NCBI RefSeq assembly: GCF_963921235.1
Contig: NC_086097.1
Coordinates: 41,914,001 to 41,978,000 of the forward strand
Direction: 5' to 3'
Length of the DNA stretch: 64,000 nt
Source of the DNA: Mobula hypostoma
Lineage: Eukaryota
Positions 52,701 through 64,000 of this stretch are shown in pieces. The notes under the pieces are model-generated. The model was not told where the DNA came from, did not search any database, and worked only from the letters and a program-made list of their open reading frames with translations. The first letter of the stretch is position 1. Each line of letters begins with the position of its first letter. The position numbers were made by a program, and so were the translations under genes.

Positions 52701-54510
52701 TCAATAGGTGATGCTGGCAGCACACTCACTTGAGTTCCCATGTCACACAGGAAGCGTCGCCCTGAAAGGGTGTCCGTAATGAATAGTAGACGACCGTGGC
52801 AGCTGGAACCCATTTTGTTCACAGACCTCTGATGCTCAGATGCGCTGGCACTGTCAAGCAGCAAGGTAGTCGGCATTTCCTGGCATTCATACCAAAGCAA
52901 GCGTGGCAAAAACACAGGCCCGGCATCATCGGTTTCGCAGCCACAGATGCCTTATTTTGGGGGGGCCTTGCTGACTGGATTTTTTTGTGGTAGGGAAAGG
53001 AGGAGGAAGGAAGCACCATTGTCTAGCTGACTGTAGACTATTAGCCATTTTAGCAAGCTCTCTCTAATCCTTCATGGGTGCATTAGAGGGCTATGCGAAC
53101 TTGATCAGGTATTTGCTACATGAAGAGTTCTTTAAAAATAAAATAAGTATGGTGATTTCCCAGGAGAGACAGCATGTGGTCCATTAACTTCGATGGATTA
53201 GCTCCGCTGAGGCTGGGCATGGAGAGCAACTCTTTGGCGTGCTCGGATTCTGATAGTCCAAAAGTCCTTAAAAGGTGAGTTTTGAGAGATCAGAATTTAT
53301 AGCGTTTAGGTAGGTGTTCAAGCAGACTCACCACTCTTGCAGCTGTGGAGCTGCAGAGCAATGCTACCACATAGAAATATTTGTTGTTGTTGGTGCTGAT
53401 TACTTGTAGCGCAAATTGTGCCCCAGCTTGTACAAATCAAGTGACGCCATTTTGCTCCCAAATATCCAACAGTTTCAAAGCGACTGTGTTGGCTGACAGG
53501 TTCAATAACTTGGGATTCGGCCCAGAGCATCGGTGTCACCAATGTACAGTAGTCTTTCACAAATAAAATGATGTGAGGTATTTTATGTTTAAGAAAAACT
53601 GTAGCAACTCATTTATTTCGTACAAACACTGAACACATAAAGTGTGGTAATCGAACTTCACGTAATATGTCATCATCTCAGATCAGCCTCGTAAAATGAA
53701 CCCCAACTCAATGCCAGTGGTTGTGAATTATGTATATTTCCACCACTTACATTATCCTACACTACACCTGCCCATTCACCACCTCCCTCAACTCCAGTCA
53801 GGGTCCCAAACAGTCCTTTCAGGTGAGGCAACACTTCACTTTCTGAGGTCAGCTATTGTATCCATTGCTCCCGATGTGGCCTCCTCTACAATGGTGAGAG
53901 CTGTCATAAGCTGAGGGACCGCTTTGTCGAACACATCTGTTCCATCTGCCAAAGGAGGAACTTCCTGGTGGCCCAACATTTTAATTCCCATTCCTGTTCT
54001 GACATGTCAGTCTATGACTTCCTCTTGTGTCACAATGAGGACACACCCAGAGTGGAGAAGCTACACCTTATATTCCATCTGGGTAGCCTCCAACCTGATA
54101 GAATGAATCTTCATTTCTTCTTTCAGTATAAATATTTTCCCCTCTTCCTCCCCCTTCTTCTATTCCCCACTCTGGTCTCATTGCTCTTCTCAACTGCCTA
54201 TACCTCCCCTGGTGCCCCTCCTTCTTCCCTTTCTCCTCTTGTCCACTCTCCTCTTCTATCAGATTCCTTGCTCTCCGGCCTTTTACCTTTCCCACCCAGC
54301 TGGCTTCACCTATCACCATATAGCTGTCCCACTTCACCTTGCCCCACCTTTTTACTTTGGCGTCTTCCCCTTTCCTTTCTAGTCCTGAAGTCGGCCTGTA
54401 ACACCCGATGTTTGTTCATTTCCATGAATGTTGCCTGATCTGCGGAGTTCCTCCAGCATTTTGTGTATGTTGCTTTGGATTTTCACCATCTGCAGAATGT
54501 TCGTGTTTGT
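49780..54510 (+). mobile_element. PLE (49780-50129 + 53763-54510) split by a Gypsy insertion
   Basis: ..caagtggccaaggtgc | tacacctgcccattcacc rejoins the Zn-knuckle; VAQHFNSH..EKLHLIFHLGSLQPD; terminus ttcctccagcattttgtg..atctgcaga. Confidence 0.88.
50130..53762 (-). mobile_element. Decayed Gypsy LTR retrotransposon (gag-PR-RT-RH-IN) with both LTRs
   Basis: LTRs ~50130-50327 and 53543-53762; PBS-like TTGGTGACACCG. PR LLFITDTLSGRRFLCDMG; RT MPFRLKNAAQTFQR; RH ISEFTTDIQHI; IN WVARFGTP..TTAYHQQSNG..PYDGPF. Confidence 0.93.
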
Positions 54511-54665
54511 AATCATATGATGTACCTGCTTTCAAACAGTGACAATCAAATTAGAGTACAAGCTTGCAAGAGTAGCAAGTTCAAGTGTTAAATGTTAGAT
54601 GTTGAGCTTTGTTCATTAATCATCCTCATTCCTTGACATCCATTAATATGTATTAGCATCACTTA

Positions 54666-54983
54666 GAAACACAGAAAACTTACAGTACAATACAGGCCCT
54701 TCGGCCTACAAAGCTGTGCCAAACGTGTCCTTACCTGAGAAATTACCTAGGGTTACCCATAGCCCTCTATTTTTCTGAGCTCCATATACCTGTCCAGGAG
54801 TCTCTTAAAAGACCCTATCGTATCCACCCCCACCACCATCGCCGGCAGCCCATTCCACGCACTCACCACTCTGTGTAAAAAACTTACCCCTAATATCTCC
54901 TCGGTACCTACTTCCAAGCACCTTAAAACTGTGCCCTCTCGTGCTACCCATTTCAGCCCTGGGAAAAAGCCTCTGACTATCCA
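54666..54983 (-). mobile_element. Short CR1 3' fragment
   Basis: RVVSAWNGLP..FKRLLDRYM; same subfamily tail as 9675; possible TSD cactta (54660-54665 and 54984-54989). Confidence 0.9.
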
Positions 54984-55740
54984 CACTTAACAGAAGAAAT
55001 CACAAATTGGACAAGAAGGATGGAATATGCAGAGGCCCACCATCAGTCTCATTGACACAGTTCTCACTGAAATGGTCCATGAGCCTCAGAACTGTAAGCA
55101 TGGTGGCAGTACTTGTCTTTCATCTAGGAAGGCACTGGGAGAAACATTAACAGAAGTGATGCATGGAGTATGCAGAAATTCAGATCTTACAGAGTAAGGA
55201 AGCTCTTGTGATCGTGACAGCAGAGCAGTTTTCACAGCTCCCAGCATTTCAATAATGCGGGAATTATGTTGAAAGAGACAATGTCAGCTGTACAATGAAC
55301 TAATGTTCCTGAAACAGTGGAAACTTGCACTCCTGTATCAGCTCATCAATATTAATGACAATAGAGTTAAAAAAATAAACAAACAAGGTCACAACTTTGT
55401 TTCTTTATTTCAGAAAACCACAACGTTTCAAAGTCTTTCATATATTGAGCACAACTGAGTCAATTGCAACTTAGAATTGAATAAAGAGTAATTCAAGAAA
55501 GCAATTTTCTTAACTGAAATTTGTCCTGAGATATATAACACCCTGAACGTTTTACTCATATGCTACTCCAAAAGTAATCAATATTTCTTTTGATGTGTTA
55601 AAGCAATTCAAGGAACTGTTCAGCTTTAGAAAAATCTAGAAGCTGGAAGTTCAGCACACATAATTAGCAGTATGGGTATGGCATTGAAGAGCCTTTCAGT
55701 ATATTGCAACTTTGGTGGATTTCTTAACAGAGACCCTATA

Positions 55741-55820
55741 CAAAGGGTTCCAACCTGGGGTTCACAGACCCCTCAGTTAATAGTAAAGGTCCATGGTATA
55801 AAAAAGGTTGGAAAACCCTG
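55741..55820. mobile_element. Tiny hAT/Charlie-type MITE
   Basis: caaagggttccaacc ... ggttggaaaaccctg; flanks contain cccta. Confidence 0.65.
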
Positions 55821-56437
55821 CCCTAGGCACAGCTGAGAGATGAGAGGGAATTGTCCGATGAAAGGCTCTAATCAATGTTTCTCAATACGTATAAACTTGT
55901 TTATGAGAAAGCTTGCCAGAGAGCAACTCAAATCGAGATGTCTACTTTAAAGTTAGAAGATCTTTATTTCAAATGACTGATACTGCACCTTGTCATAATG
56001 TCTTAGATTGTCTAAGTTAAGGCAGAGAGAAAAGAGTATACTAGAAGTAGAAAATAAAAATTCAAAACTTCCATCTCTTATAGATGCTAAAACAAGATTC
56101 ATATTGCAGTGCAAACAAAATGAGATTAGTCTTCATGTTAAAGATTAAACAGAAATTAATGAGAATGAAGAAAGTGAATTATAAGTGCTGATGTCGTGAA
56201 GGGCTGATTTACCACCAGGAGGGAGGTTCACCATTGCCTTGCTGTACTACCTGCCATTTGTCCAGATTTGAATTGGACCTCAGTGCCTTCATGTTAGTAT
56301 GACATTTATTCAGGAGCATCCATTTAGGTCTGGGGCTCTAGATATTTAAGTCAATACATCTGAGAACTAAGCATCAATGGATGCTGTCAGATCCTGCATT
56401 CACCTCTCACATCAAAGAAGAGAATGGGACAATTAAT

Positions 56438-56550
56438 TCCCCCTTCTTTTCCAGTCCTGAAGAAAGTTCTCAGCCCAAAATGTCAACTGTTTATTCAGTT
56501 CCACGGATGCTGCCTGACCTGTTAAGTTCCTCCAGCATTTTGTCTGTGAT
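56438..56550 (+). mobile_element. PLE terminal fragment
   Basis: ccagtcctgaagaaag..aaatgtcaactgttta..gatgctgcctgacctg..ttcctccagcattttg. Confidence 0.8.
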
Positions 56551-57309
56551 AATCTGAAAGGACTGGTTGTTTACCTTGGCAGATATGATGTGACTGTTGG
56601 ACTTCTTCTGAGAAGTTCTGGGTTCAAGGAGTTGGCATTTATTGCCCTAGTCAGCCCCTCCACAGGCTTGGCCAACCCTCCAGTCTCAATACCATCCTTT
56701 TGCCTCTCTTCTTCCATTAAAAAGACATTGATATTCAGCTGCTTGAGCCTTGAAGTTGAGTTTGTCAAATTGGCCATCATTCCTGCTGTCCAAATTCCCT
56801 CCATCGATCAGTAATTACATTGGAGGAAGTATTATCAGATTTGATATTTTCTGGCCCCATTTATTCTCTGATACAAATGTGAAGGGAGATTATTTCGAAA
56901 AGGTACAAACATAGGCACACTTCCATGAATCAGTAATCATGAAAATATCCATTCAAAGGTCAAGTGTAATCATCTACACAATTGTTGAATGCAGTTGCAG
57001 ACCATCACTGCAGAGTGAATTACAGAAAACACAACCCAAAAGAAACCTTTGCAGAGAATCTTCTAAGAATAGCTGAGTGAAGCTATGTTGGTTTTTCAAC
57101 TCAATTAAATTGATACATTCAGTTATCCTCCAATAGTAGTAACATTTGTTACAGAAAAGAGGCACCGAGAGCATTATCAGGACTATAATAAGGATGCAAT
57201 GGCAGCAATACAGAATTTGACATGAAAATATTCCAATCTGTGAGTAAGCAGAAATGATTCTATTGCCTCATTGTATTTAACTTTCAGTTGATCATCCTGT
57301 AAAAGAGCC

Positions 57310-60085
57310 TTAGAGTCATAGTCTTTCGTAGCTTGGATGCAAGCAAGCTGGCCGAACACGCCCACTTGAGCTAGTCCTGTTTGCCTGTTTTTGTCTCTTA
57401 CCCCTCTAAACCTTTCCATAAAACCATTAAGTCTAGAAGACAGTAGCAGAATTAGGCCATTCAGTTCATTAAGTCTACTCCACTATTTCATCATGGCTGA
57501 TTTATTATCCCCCTCAAACTCATTCTCCTGCTTCCTTCCCATAATCTATGACACTCTTTCTATTCCAGAACATATCGACCTCCGCTTTAAATATCTCCAA
57601 TGACTTGGCCTCTGTAGTTGTCTGTGGCAATGAATTCCTCATACTCACTACCCTCTGGCTAAAGAAATTCTTCTTCATCTCCGTTCTTGCAGGACGTCCT
57701 TCTATTCTGAAGCTGTGCGCTCTGGTCCTGGACTTTTTTGGCAGCTCAGGCACGGTAAGTGTCAGTGTCAGATCCCTACTGAAGGTCGGGAGAGAGAGAG
57801 AGAGAGAGAGAGAGTAAAGAAAGACCAGCTTTGGGTAAATCCGGCATGCTGCTAGTCTTTTCTGAAGAGAAGGCTGATGCAAAATATTTTATTCAGTTCG
57901 TCCGCCTTTTCCTTGTCCCCTACCTCTACAGTATCATCATCCAGTCGTCCAATACCTAACTCTTGCTTCTCTATTGCTCATTATACATCCAAAAAACTTT
58001 TCGTATCCTCTGATATTATTGGCTAGCTTACCTTCATATTTCATCTTTCCCTCCATATGGTTTTTTGTAGTTCCCTTTTGTTGGTTTTTAATTTTCCCGA
58101 TACTCTAACTTCCCATTAATTTTTGTTCTATCGTATGTGTCATGAGTCCCTCGGGCTTGTGCACATGTATTTATTTGTTGTTGTCTTATCTACAGTCGTT
58201 AAGCCCTTGTGCTTTCTGCTTAACTTTGTCAACTCTATTTTAACTAGCACAGGTTTACCGCCTACTGTATTTATTTAAAGCAGACTCCCAATTAGCATTG
58301 AGGGTGGGATCCTTGTGCTTTTGAAATGATTCATCTCACGGTGTTGCTTGGTCAAGGCACTAATATTCTGTTGGAATTCATATGAATAAGCTCTTATTTC
58401 TGTCTCTACATGAGAGTCTGTCGTTCCCCTGCACCTGGGTTCAGTCATCCGTTAGTGCACACTGTGACAGTCAGACCCCACCATAAATGGACCCATTTGA
58501 CGTTCAACAGCACCTTGGACATCAGTCAGCTGGAGGCAAGAGTGAATTCTATTCTCAGTGCTTGTCCCAATACCACATTTCGAGTTCCCAGAAGCCATGT
58601 TCCAAGTTTCCTGAGGCTACCTTCCAAGTTCTTCGAGTCCACACTCTGATATTCTCTAGTCTACTTTCAAGGCCATCATGGATTTCTGGGACTCCCATGC
58701 GGTCCAGGATTCTGAGAAATCTTCCAGGTTTCCAAAGACTATTCCACGTTTCCAAGGACTATTCCATGTTCCTGAGTTATATACGATGTTCCCAAGTTTA
58801 CCAGCCCTGTCTTGAGAACATCAGGTTCATCGTGAATTTACAAGCCGTGTTTCAAAGTTCCCTTGGGCTCACTGGGCCATCAGATTCTGGCCTTAGGGAG
58901 GGAGGTACTGTAATGAGCTCCACAGGCCTGTGCACCTGGATTTGTTTCAATAGGTACATTTAATGTCAGAGAAATATATACAATATATATCCTGAAATTC
59001 CTTTTAATTGTTATCTTACCTACAGTTGTTAAACTCTCGTAATTTCCTTTTAATCTTGTCAAGTTTATTTTGACTGTCATGGATTTATTGTGATTATTTA
59101 AAGCAGACCCCCAATTAGCACCTATGGCAGGATCTTTGTGTTTCAAGAATGATTCATCGCATGGTGTCGCTCAGTCAAGGCACCAATCTTCAGTTGGAAT
59201 TCCTATGAATAAGTACTTGTTTCAATCTCTACATGGGAGTCTGTCATTCCTCTGCATCTGGGTTCAGTCATCTGTCAACACAGACCGTGACAATAGACCC
59301 TCTCTTTTGCTTTCAGTTTGGTCATCCCTGCTAGTAGCCCCTTGCCACCAACTTTGGCCAGCTCCTCTCTCGTGCCTCTGTAATTCCTTTTAATCCACTG
59401 TAATACTGATGCATTTGACTTTAGCTTCTCTCTCTCAAATTGCAGGGTGAATTTTATCATATTATGATCACTACATGTTCAGGCTTCCATTGCCTTAAGC
59501 TTCCTAATCAAATCTGGTTCATTACCCAATATCCAATCCAGAATAGATGATCCCCTACTCCTAGCTTAACCACAAGCTGCTCTAAAAATCCATCTCATAA
59601 GCATTTTACAAATTCTCTCTTTTGGAATACAAAATCAGTTCCAACCTGATTTTCCCAATCTAACTGCATATTGAAATCCCCCATGACTGTTGTAACATTG
59701 CCCTTTTGACATGCACTTTCTACCTGCTGCTGTAATTTGTAGGCTACATCCAGACTGCTGTTCGGAGACCTATATATAACTCCCATCAGGATCTTTTTAC
59801 CCCTTGCAGGTTCTTAACTCTGCCTACAAAGCTTGTACATCTTCTGATCCTACGACACATCTTTCTAATGATTTGATTTCAACTTGTTTTACCAACAGAG
59901 CCATGCCACCCCCTCTGCCTACTTTCCTGTCCTTTTGATACAATGTGTATCCTTGGACGTTAAGGTCCCAACTATAATCTTTGATGACTACAATGACATA
60001 CTGGCTGATCTCTAACTGCACCACAAGATCATCTACCTTCCTTGCAGTACATGCATTCAAATACAACACCGTCAATTCTGTATTT
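57310..60085 (-). mobile_element. Fragmented CR1 LINEs (3' ends at 57310-57735; EN/linker at ~57870-58137 and 59293-60085)
   Basis: FFSQRVVSMRNSLP; GVIYRSPNS..MGDFN; LYLNA..RKVGRGGGMALLVK. Confidence 0.85.
58138..59292 (+). mobile_element. TRIM-like non-autonomous mini LTR retroelement
   Basis: Diverged direct repeats TG..CA at 58138-58469 and 58909-59292; PPT ttagggagggaggtac just before the 3' LTR; gag-like ATGGACCCA start at 58487; internal region only ~440 bp. Confidence 0.8.
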
Positions 60086-60225
60086 GTCTCCCTCCCCCTC
60101 CTGTCTTCTCCTATCATTTTGGATCTCCCCTCCCCCTCCCACTTTCAAATCTCTTACTAGCTCTTCTTTCAGTTAATCTTAATTAAGGGTCTCGGCCCAA
60201 AACGTCGACTGTACCTATTCCTATA
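60086..60225 (+). mobile_element. PLE terminal fragment (same subfamily as 7340-7470)
   Basis: cctgtcttctcctatcattttggatctcccc..actttcaaatctcttact..gggtctcggcccaaaacgtcgact. Confidence 0.85.
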
Positions 60226-60369
60226 GAAAGCCGACTAATGCTCCTTTAAAAATATCACCAATGGACATGTGAGTTACCTCCTCTCCAGCTTCTGATTCAG
60301 TTGGGCCACTGGAAAAATGCTCCATCTGCCATTCCTTGTCCTCCTTTCTTGGCTGATCAAGATCCTGCT

Positions 60370-60800
60370 GTAATCTTGGGCAACTTTCTGTCCATTATAC
60401 CACCAAGTTTGGTGTTACTGGCAGACTTACTAACCGTGCCAAATACATTCTCATTCAAAGTATTGATACAGATAACATACTCAGGTGAAACCAACACCAA
60501 TCTCAATCTAAACACCTGGTCACAGCCCCAGAGGTTCTACCACCTTCTGATTCCTACCGGCAAGCCGATTTTGCATCGAATTGGCTAGCTCACTCAGAAT
60601 CCCATGTGACATAACCTTCTGGACAAGCCTACTATGTGAGGCCTCATCAAAGGCCTTGCTAAACCCTATGTTGACAACTCTCAACAATTTTCTTGGTCAC
60701 CTTCTCAAAAAATTCAGTAAAATTTATGAGACATGATTTCCCACGCACAAAGCCATGCTGACACTCCCTAATCAGCCTTGTCTTTCTAATTGCATACAAT
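60370..60800 (-). mobile_element. Old CR1 RT fragment
   Basis: Minus strand cagcatggctttgtgcgtgggaaatcatgtctc (QHGFVRGKSCL), tttagcaaggcctttgat. Confidence 0.8.
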
Positions 60801-61534
60801 ATATTGATGATATTTAATAGTAAAATATAAATGAACATATGGAACGAAAAACTGCTGTAGGTTCTGTTTTGTCCTCATCCATCATTGAGTGAAAACTTTT
60901 TCATCTATTTTGAATTTTGTTCAAAAGTTCTTTTTCTTGATGATAGTTGAGACTAGATTATTGAGCCCTTTAAGCTAAAACAAACCAAAGCATGAAGCAA
61001 CCAAATAATGTTCAGTGAAATGGAGAGCAAAAACAATGGGGTTTATGATAGGCTGCTGTAAAAGTGTTCATGGAGATACTATATATCAATAGACCTCCAT
61101 TCTATGCTGTCATCTTCTATTGCTGTTGGACAGTATCCAGAAACGGTTCAATACTTCCAAATCTACCGAACGCTATAAACATTTTATCAGTGCTCTCATA
61201 TTATGCTCACCACAAGCCCGCTTGACAAGTTGAAATGGTTTTAACTGACCAAGCCGAAGTGATTAATCAGTGGGTCTGTGTCCTAGTGCCATTCTGGGAG
61301 TACGCTGACATACAGTTTTTTTCCAAACTTCTGAGTAAGCATGAATTCTCACATCTCAGTCCACGGCTCATTTAACATGATAGGACTTCCTTTGAAATGA
61401 AGGCTGGCAAATTAGGCATTGTACAATTGAGCTTTGCAAATACAGCTCTTCTTAGTGAGAGGAAGCAGTAATCTGATTCAATCCGCTATGCCCATATCAT
61501 TCCAACATCTTGTTTTCTTGCAGAGCTGGCCAAC

Positions 61535-61795
61535 ATAGACCAGAGTACAGTATAGTATGGGAACAGGGTTTATGACCAAACACAATGTCAAATTAAACTA
61601 GATCTCTTCAGCTATGCATGATGCATATCCCTCCATTTCCTGTACATTCATGTGCTAACTAAAACCTCTTAAATGTACCTACCATATCTGCTACCCCCAG
61701 CAGCCCATTCCAGGCACCCACACTGTGTAAAAACTTGCCCTGAATATCTTCTCGAAACTTTCCCATTCTCGTCTTAAATGCATGGCCAATGTTAT
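61535..61795 (-). mobile_element. CR1 3' fragment
   Basis: gcatatccctccatttcc..cagcccattccaggcaccca..tgtaaaaacttgcc. Confidence 0.7.
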
Positions 61796-62160
61796 TTGGT
61801 CTCTGGTTGCCTTAAATTTATGACTTGTGGAGTTTCAGTTGAATTCCAGTTGTAGCCAAGCAATGAAAGAATATTATGTTTTAATGTTTAAGAATTGTTA
61901 AATGGGATTTAGTTTTTGTTCAAACTGGATGGGATGGTGCACCTTGTCCAATGGATTGGTTATCATTCAGTGGGTAACTAACCATAAGACCAGTAAATTT
62001 TATGGCAACATTTCTGGCTTGACTGTAAGGTCCTTGGCAACTGTCAGGCTTCCACTCACATATATTGCCTGAAAAATTATTACCAGGCAAGATATTACAG
62101 AACCACGTCAATTGTGGAGCTGACAGTGTCCTCTTCTAGGCCAGCAACTCCAATATTAAC

Positions 62161-62541
62161 CCACAAACAAGAGAAAAGCTGGAAATACTGAAAACCCAAA
62201 GCAACACTCACAAAACGCTGGAGGAACAGCGGGCCAGGCAGCATCTGTGGAAAAGAGTAAATGGTCAACATTTCAAGATATTGACTGTTTACTCTTTTCC
62301 ATAGAAACTGCCTGACCTCTAGCATTTTGTGTGTGCTGCTTGGGATTTTCAGCATCTGTAGATTTTTAATAGTTCATGATACTACCACTACTGCAGAGTC
62401 TCTGACAGATGCCTACCCTGAAGATGTTTAAATCTTCCCTTCTAGTCCTGATGAAGGGTCTCAGCCTGAAATGTCAACTGTTTACTCTTTTCCATAGATG
62501 TTTCCTGGCTGCTAGGTTCCTCCAGCGTTTTGTGTGTGTTA
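62161..62541. mobile_element. Miniature PLE made of three terminal copies (inverted + tandem), hammerhead at 62444-62479
   Basis: Minus arm 62161-62275, plus arms ~62278-62367 and ~62435-62541; TSD ccaatattaa at 62150-62159 and 62544-62553; agtcCTGATGAagggtctcagcctGAAAtgtcaact. Confidence 0.82.
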
Positions 62542-62579
62542 CCCCAATATTAAGGCCCCGTATACACAGATAGATACAT

Positions 62580-62955
62580 AGCCAGTCCCAAAACTGTTCT
62601 CTGTTCTGGCCTGGGAGGAGATTACCAGACAGATGGAAGAAATGATTCAAAGGTGTACTCAAAGCCTCCTTTGGGAATGGGCACATTTCCACTAGCTCCT
62701 GGGAATTTCTGGCCCACGATTATTCAACATGATAAAGGAACATCTGGGATGGTTTTGTGAAACCCTGGGCCAAACATCTAAGGTGCCCAGAGTGCCTGAC
62801 TACGCAGCACAACGAGAAACCTCCTCCTCCCGGCCCACCACTCCCCATCTGTGGAAGACTGCAATTTCCATACTGGCCTCACTAGGGAACTCAGAATCCA
62901 CAAATCCAGAGTGGACGCAAGTCACTCTGATCTTGATGGAGTGCTAAAGAAGAAA
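62580..62955 (+). mobile_element. RTE-clade LINE 3' fragment
   Basis: gaaatgattcaaaggtgtactcaaagcctcc resembles the RTE KRFKDxLKASL motif; tail ..gagtgctaaagaagaa. Confidence 0.6.
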
Positions 62956-64000
62956 ATGAAACACCAGTACCCTCGATGAAAAAGAAGAGGATGTAAGAAA
63001 AAGATATATAGTTAATGTGAGGGATAATTGTTCTTAAATTTGATTACAAGATGCAAAAAAATTAACAATGAAACGAAGGACTTGCTTTGTACTTGCTCCC
63101 CTGCTGACTTTGTAATACAATATGCATATCATGTGGGGAATTTAAATTCTCAAAGCTCGCTTCCTCTGCTCCAGGCAGTGTGCCAGCCGCAGAGAGCTTG
63201 AGAAGACCATGACAGGAAGATGCATATGAGGTGAAAATGAGTGAAGATGAAACTAGTTCACCGTTGACTTCTCATATTTAGCATTCTGCTCTTGATAATT
63301 CTACAAGGCATGAGGTCATTCCTGTGTGAATTTTAACAATATAGCCAAGAGAGGTAATTGGGCTGATTTTTATCCTTAGTTTCAGGAAGGAGAGAAGGAG
63401 TAAAGTAAAAAGGCACTGTACTCTTTACCCCCTGTTGCTGCTGCTGATACTTCAGTCTGGTTTCCCTTCTGTTTCCAGAGATTTCTGCTTCACAATAAAA
63501 TTTTCAGGCACACTCTGCCCATGGGTTGCTAGTCTGAACCAGCAGTATATAAAGACCCACTCAAAAAACAGAAAGTAATTTTTTTTAGTGAATGATTTAG
63601 AGCCAGCTCTAAAGAATCTCTTAGCTTTCACCCTACCCTTATTAAGCAGTGAGACTAACCTAGTGACAGCCATCAGTAGAACTCTCTGACTCTAACTGTA
63701 GTGCAGTTTCCCTGTGATATTTGACAATTTTCTCCAAGCTGTGCTACTGATTTAACAGCAATATTCCTGCAACCTCACAAATCAAATAACGACTATAAAG
63801 TGGTATAAAAGTCCCAATTTGTAGCAATGTTTGCATGCCCAGCTATGGAATTTAATCCAAATAGGATTCCTCAGTGCAGCCGGATATTCTTTGTATATAG
63901 TTCTCATTTCCAGATGGTTAATTACTCTCCTCATTTGGCATAGCTATGTTTGAGGGGAGGAAGTTCAACAGCAAAGCGTGTTTTTGATGTTACTCTTATG

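Noticed and set aside
55480..55960. Possible very old Gypsy gag remnant (LKSLSVYCNFGGFL-like)
   Set aside because: Too degraded, with no LTR or pol context to support a call.

Overview
Eukaryotic, repeat-rich, mostly non-coding DNA (intergenic or intronic). The repeat set suggests a cartilaginous fish, probably a ray (inference): HER1-like CR1 LINEs, an HE1/V-SINE and a SacSINE1-like DeuSINE. Roughly half the window is decayed mobile elements. These include many CR1 LINEs (one with a near-complete but disrupted ORF2 at ~27.5-30.4 kb), Penelope-like elements (PLE; RT + GIY-YIG), a decayed Gypsy with both LTRs, a solo LTR, a TRIM-like mini LTR element, Tigger/Tc1/hAT DNA elements, RTE- and Rex1-related fragments, and SINEs, often nested. 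No host gene could be recognised; only weak minus-strand exon candidates were found. Most notable: (1) about a dozen minimal type I hammerhead ribozyme motifs in PLE termini, several with intact cores; (2) recurrent fold-back PLE insertions with TSDs and an asymmetric ~34-36 nt tail; (3) a 317-bp-arm, near-perfect palindrome that looks like a microhomology-mediated template switch. These fit known mechanisms; I see no convincing wholly new system. Family names come from remembered motifs, not database searches, and most boundaries are approximate.
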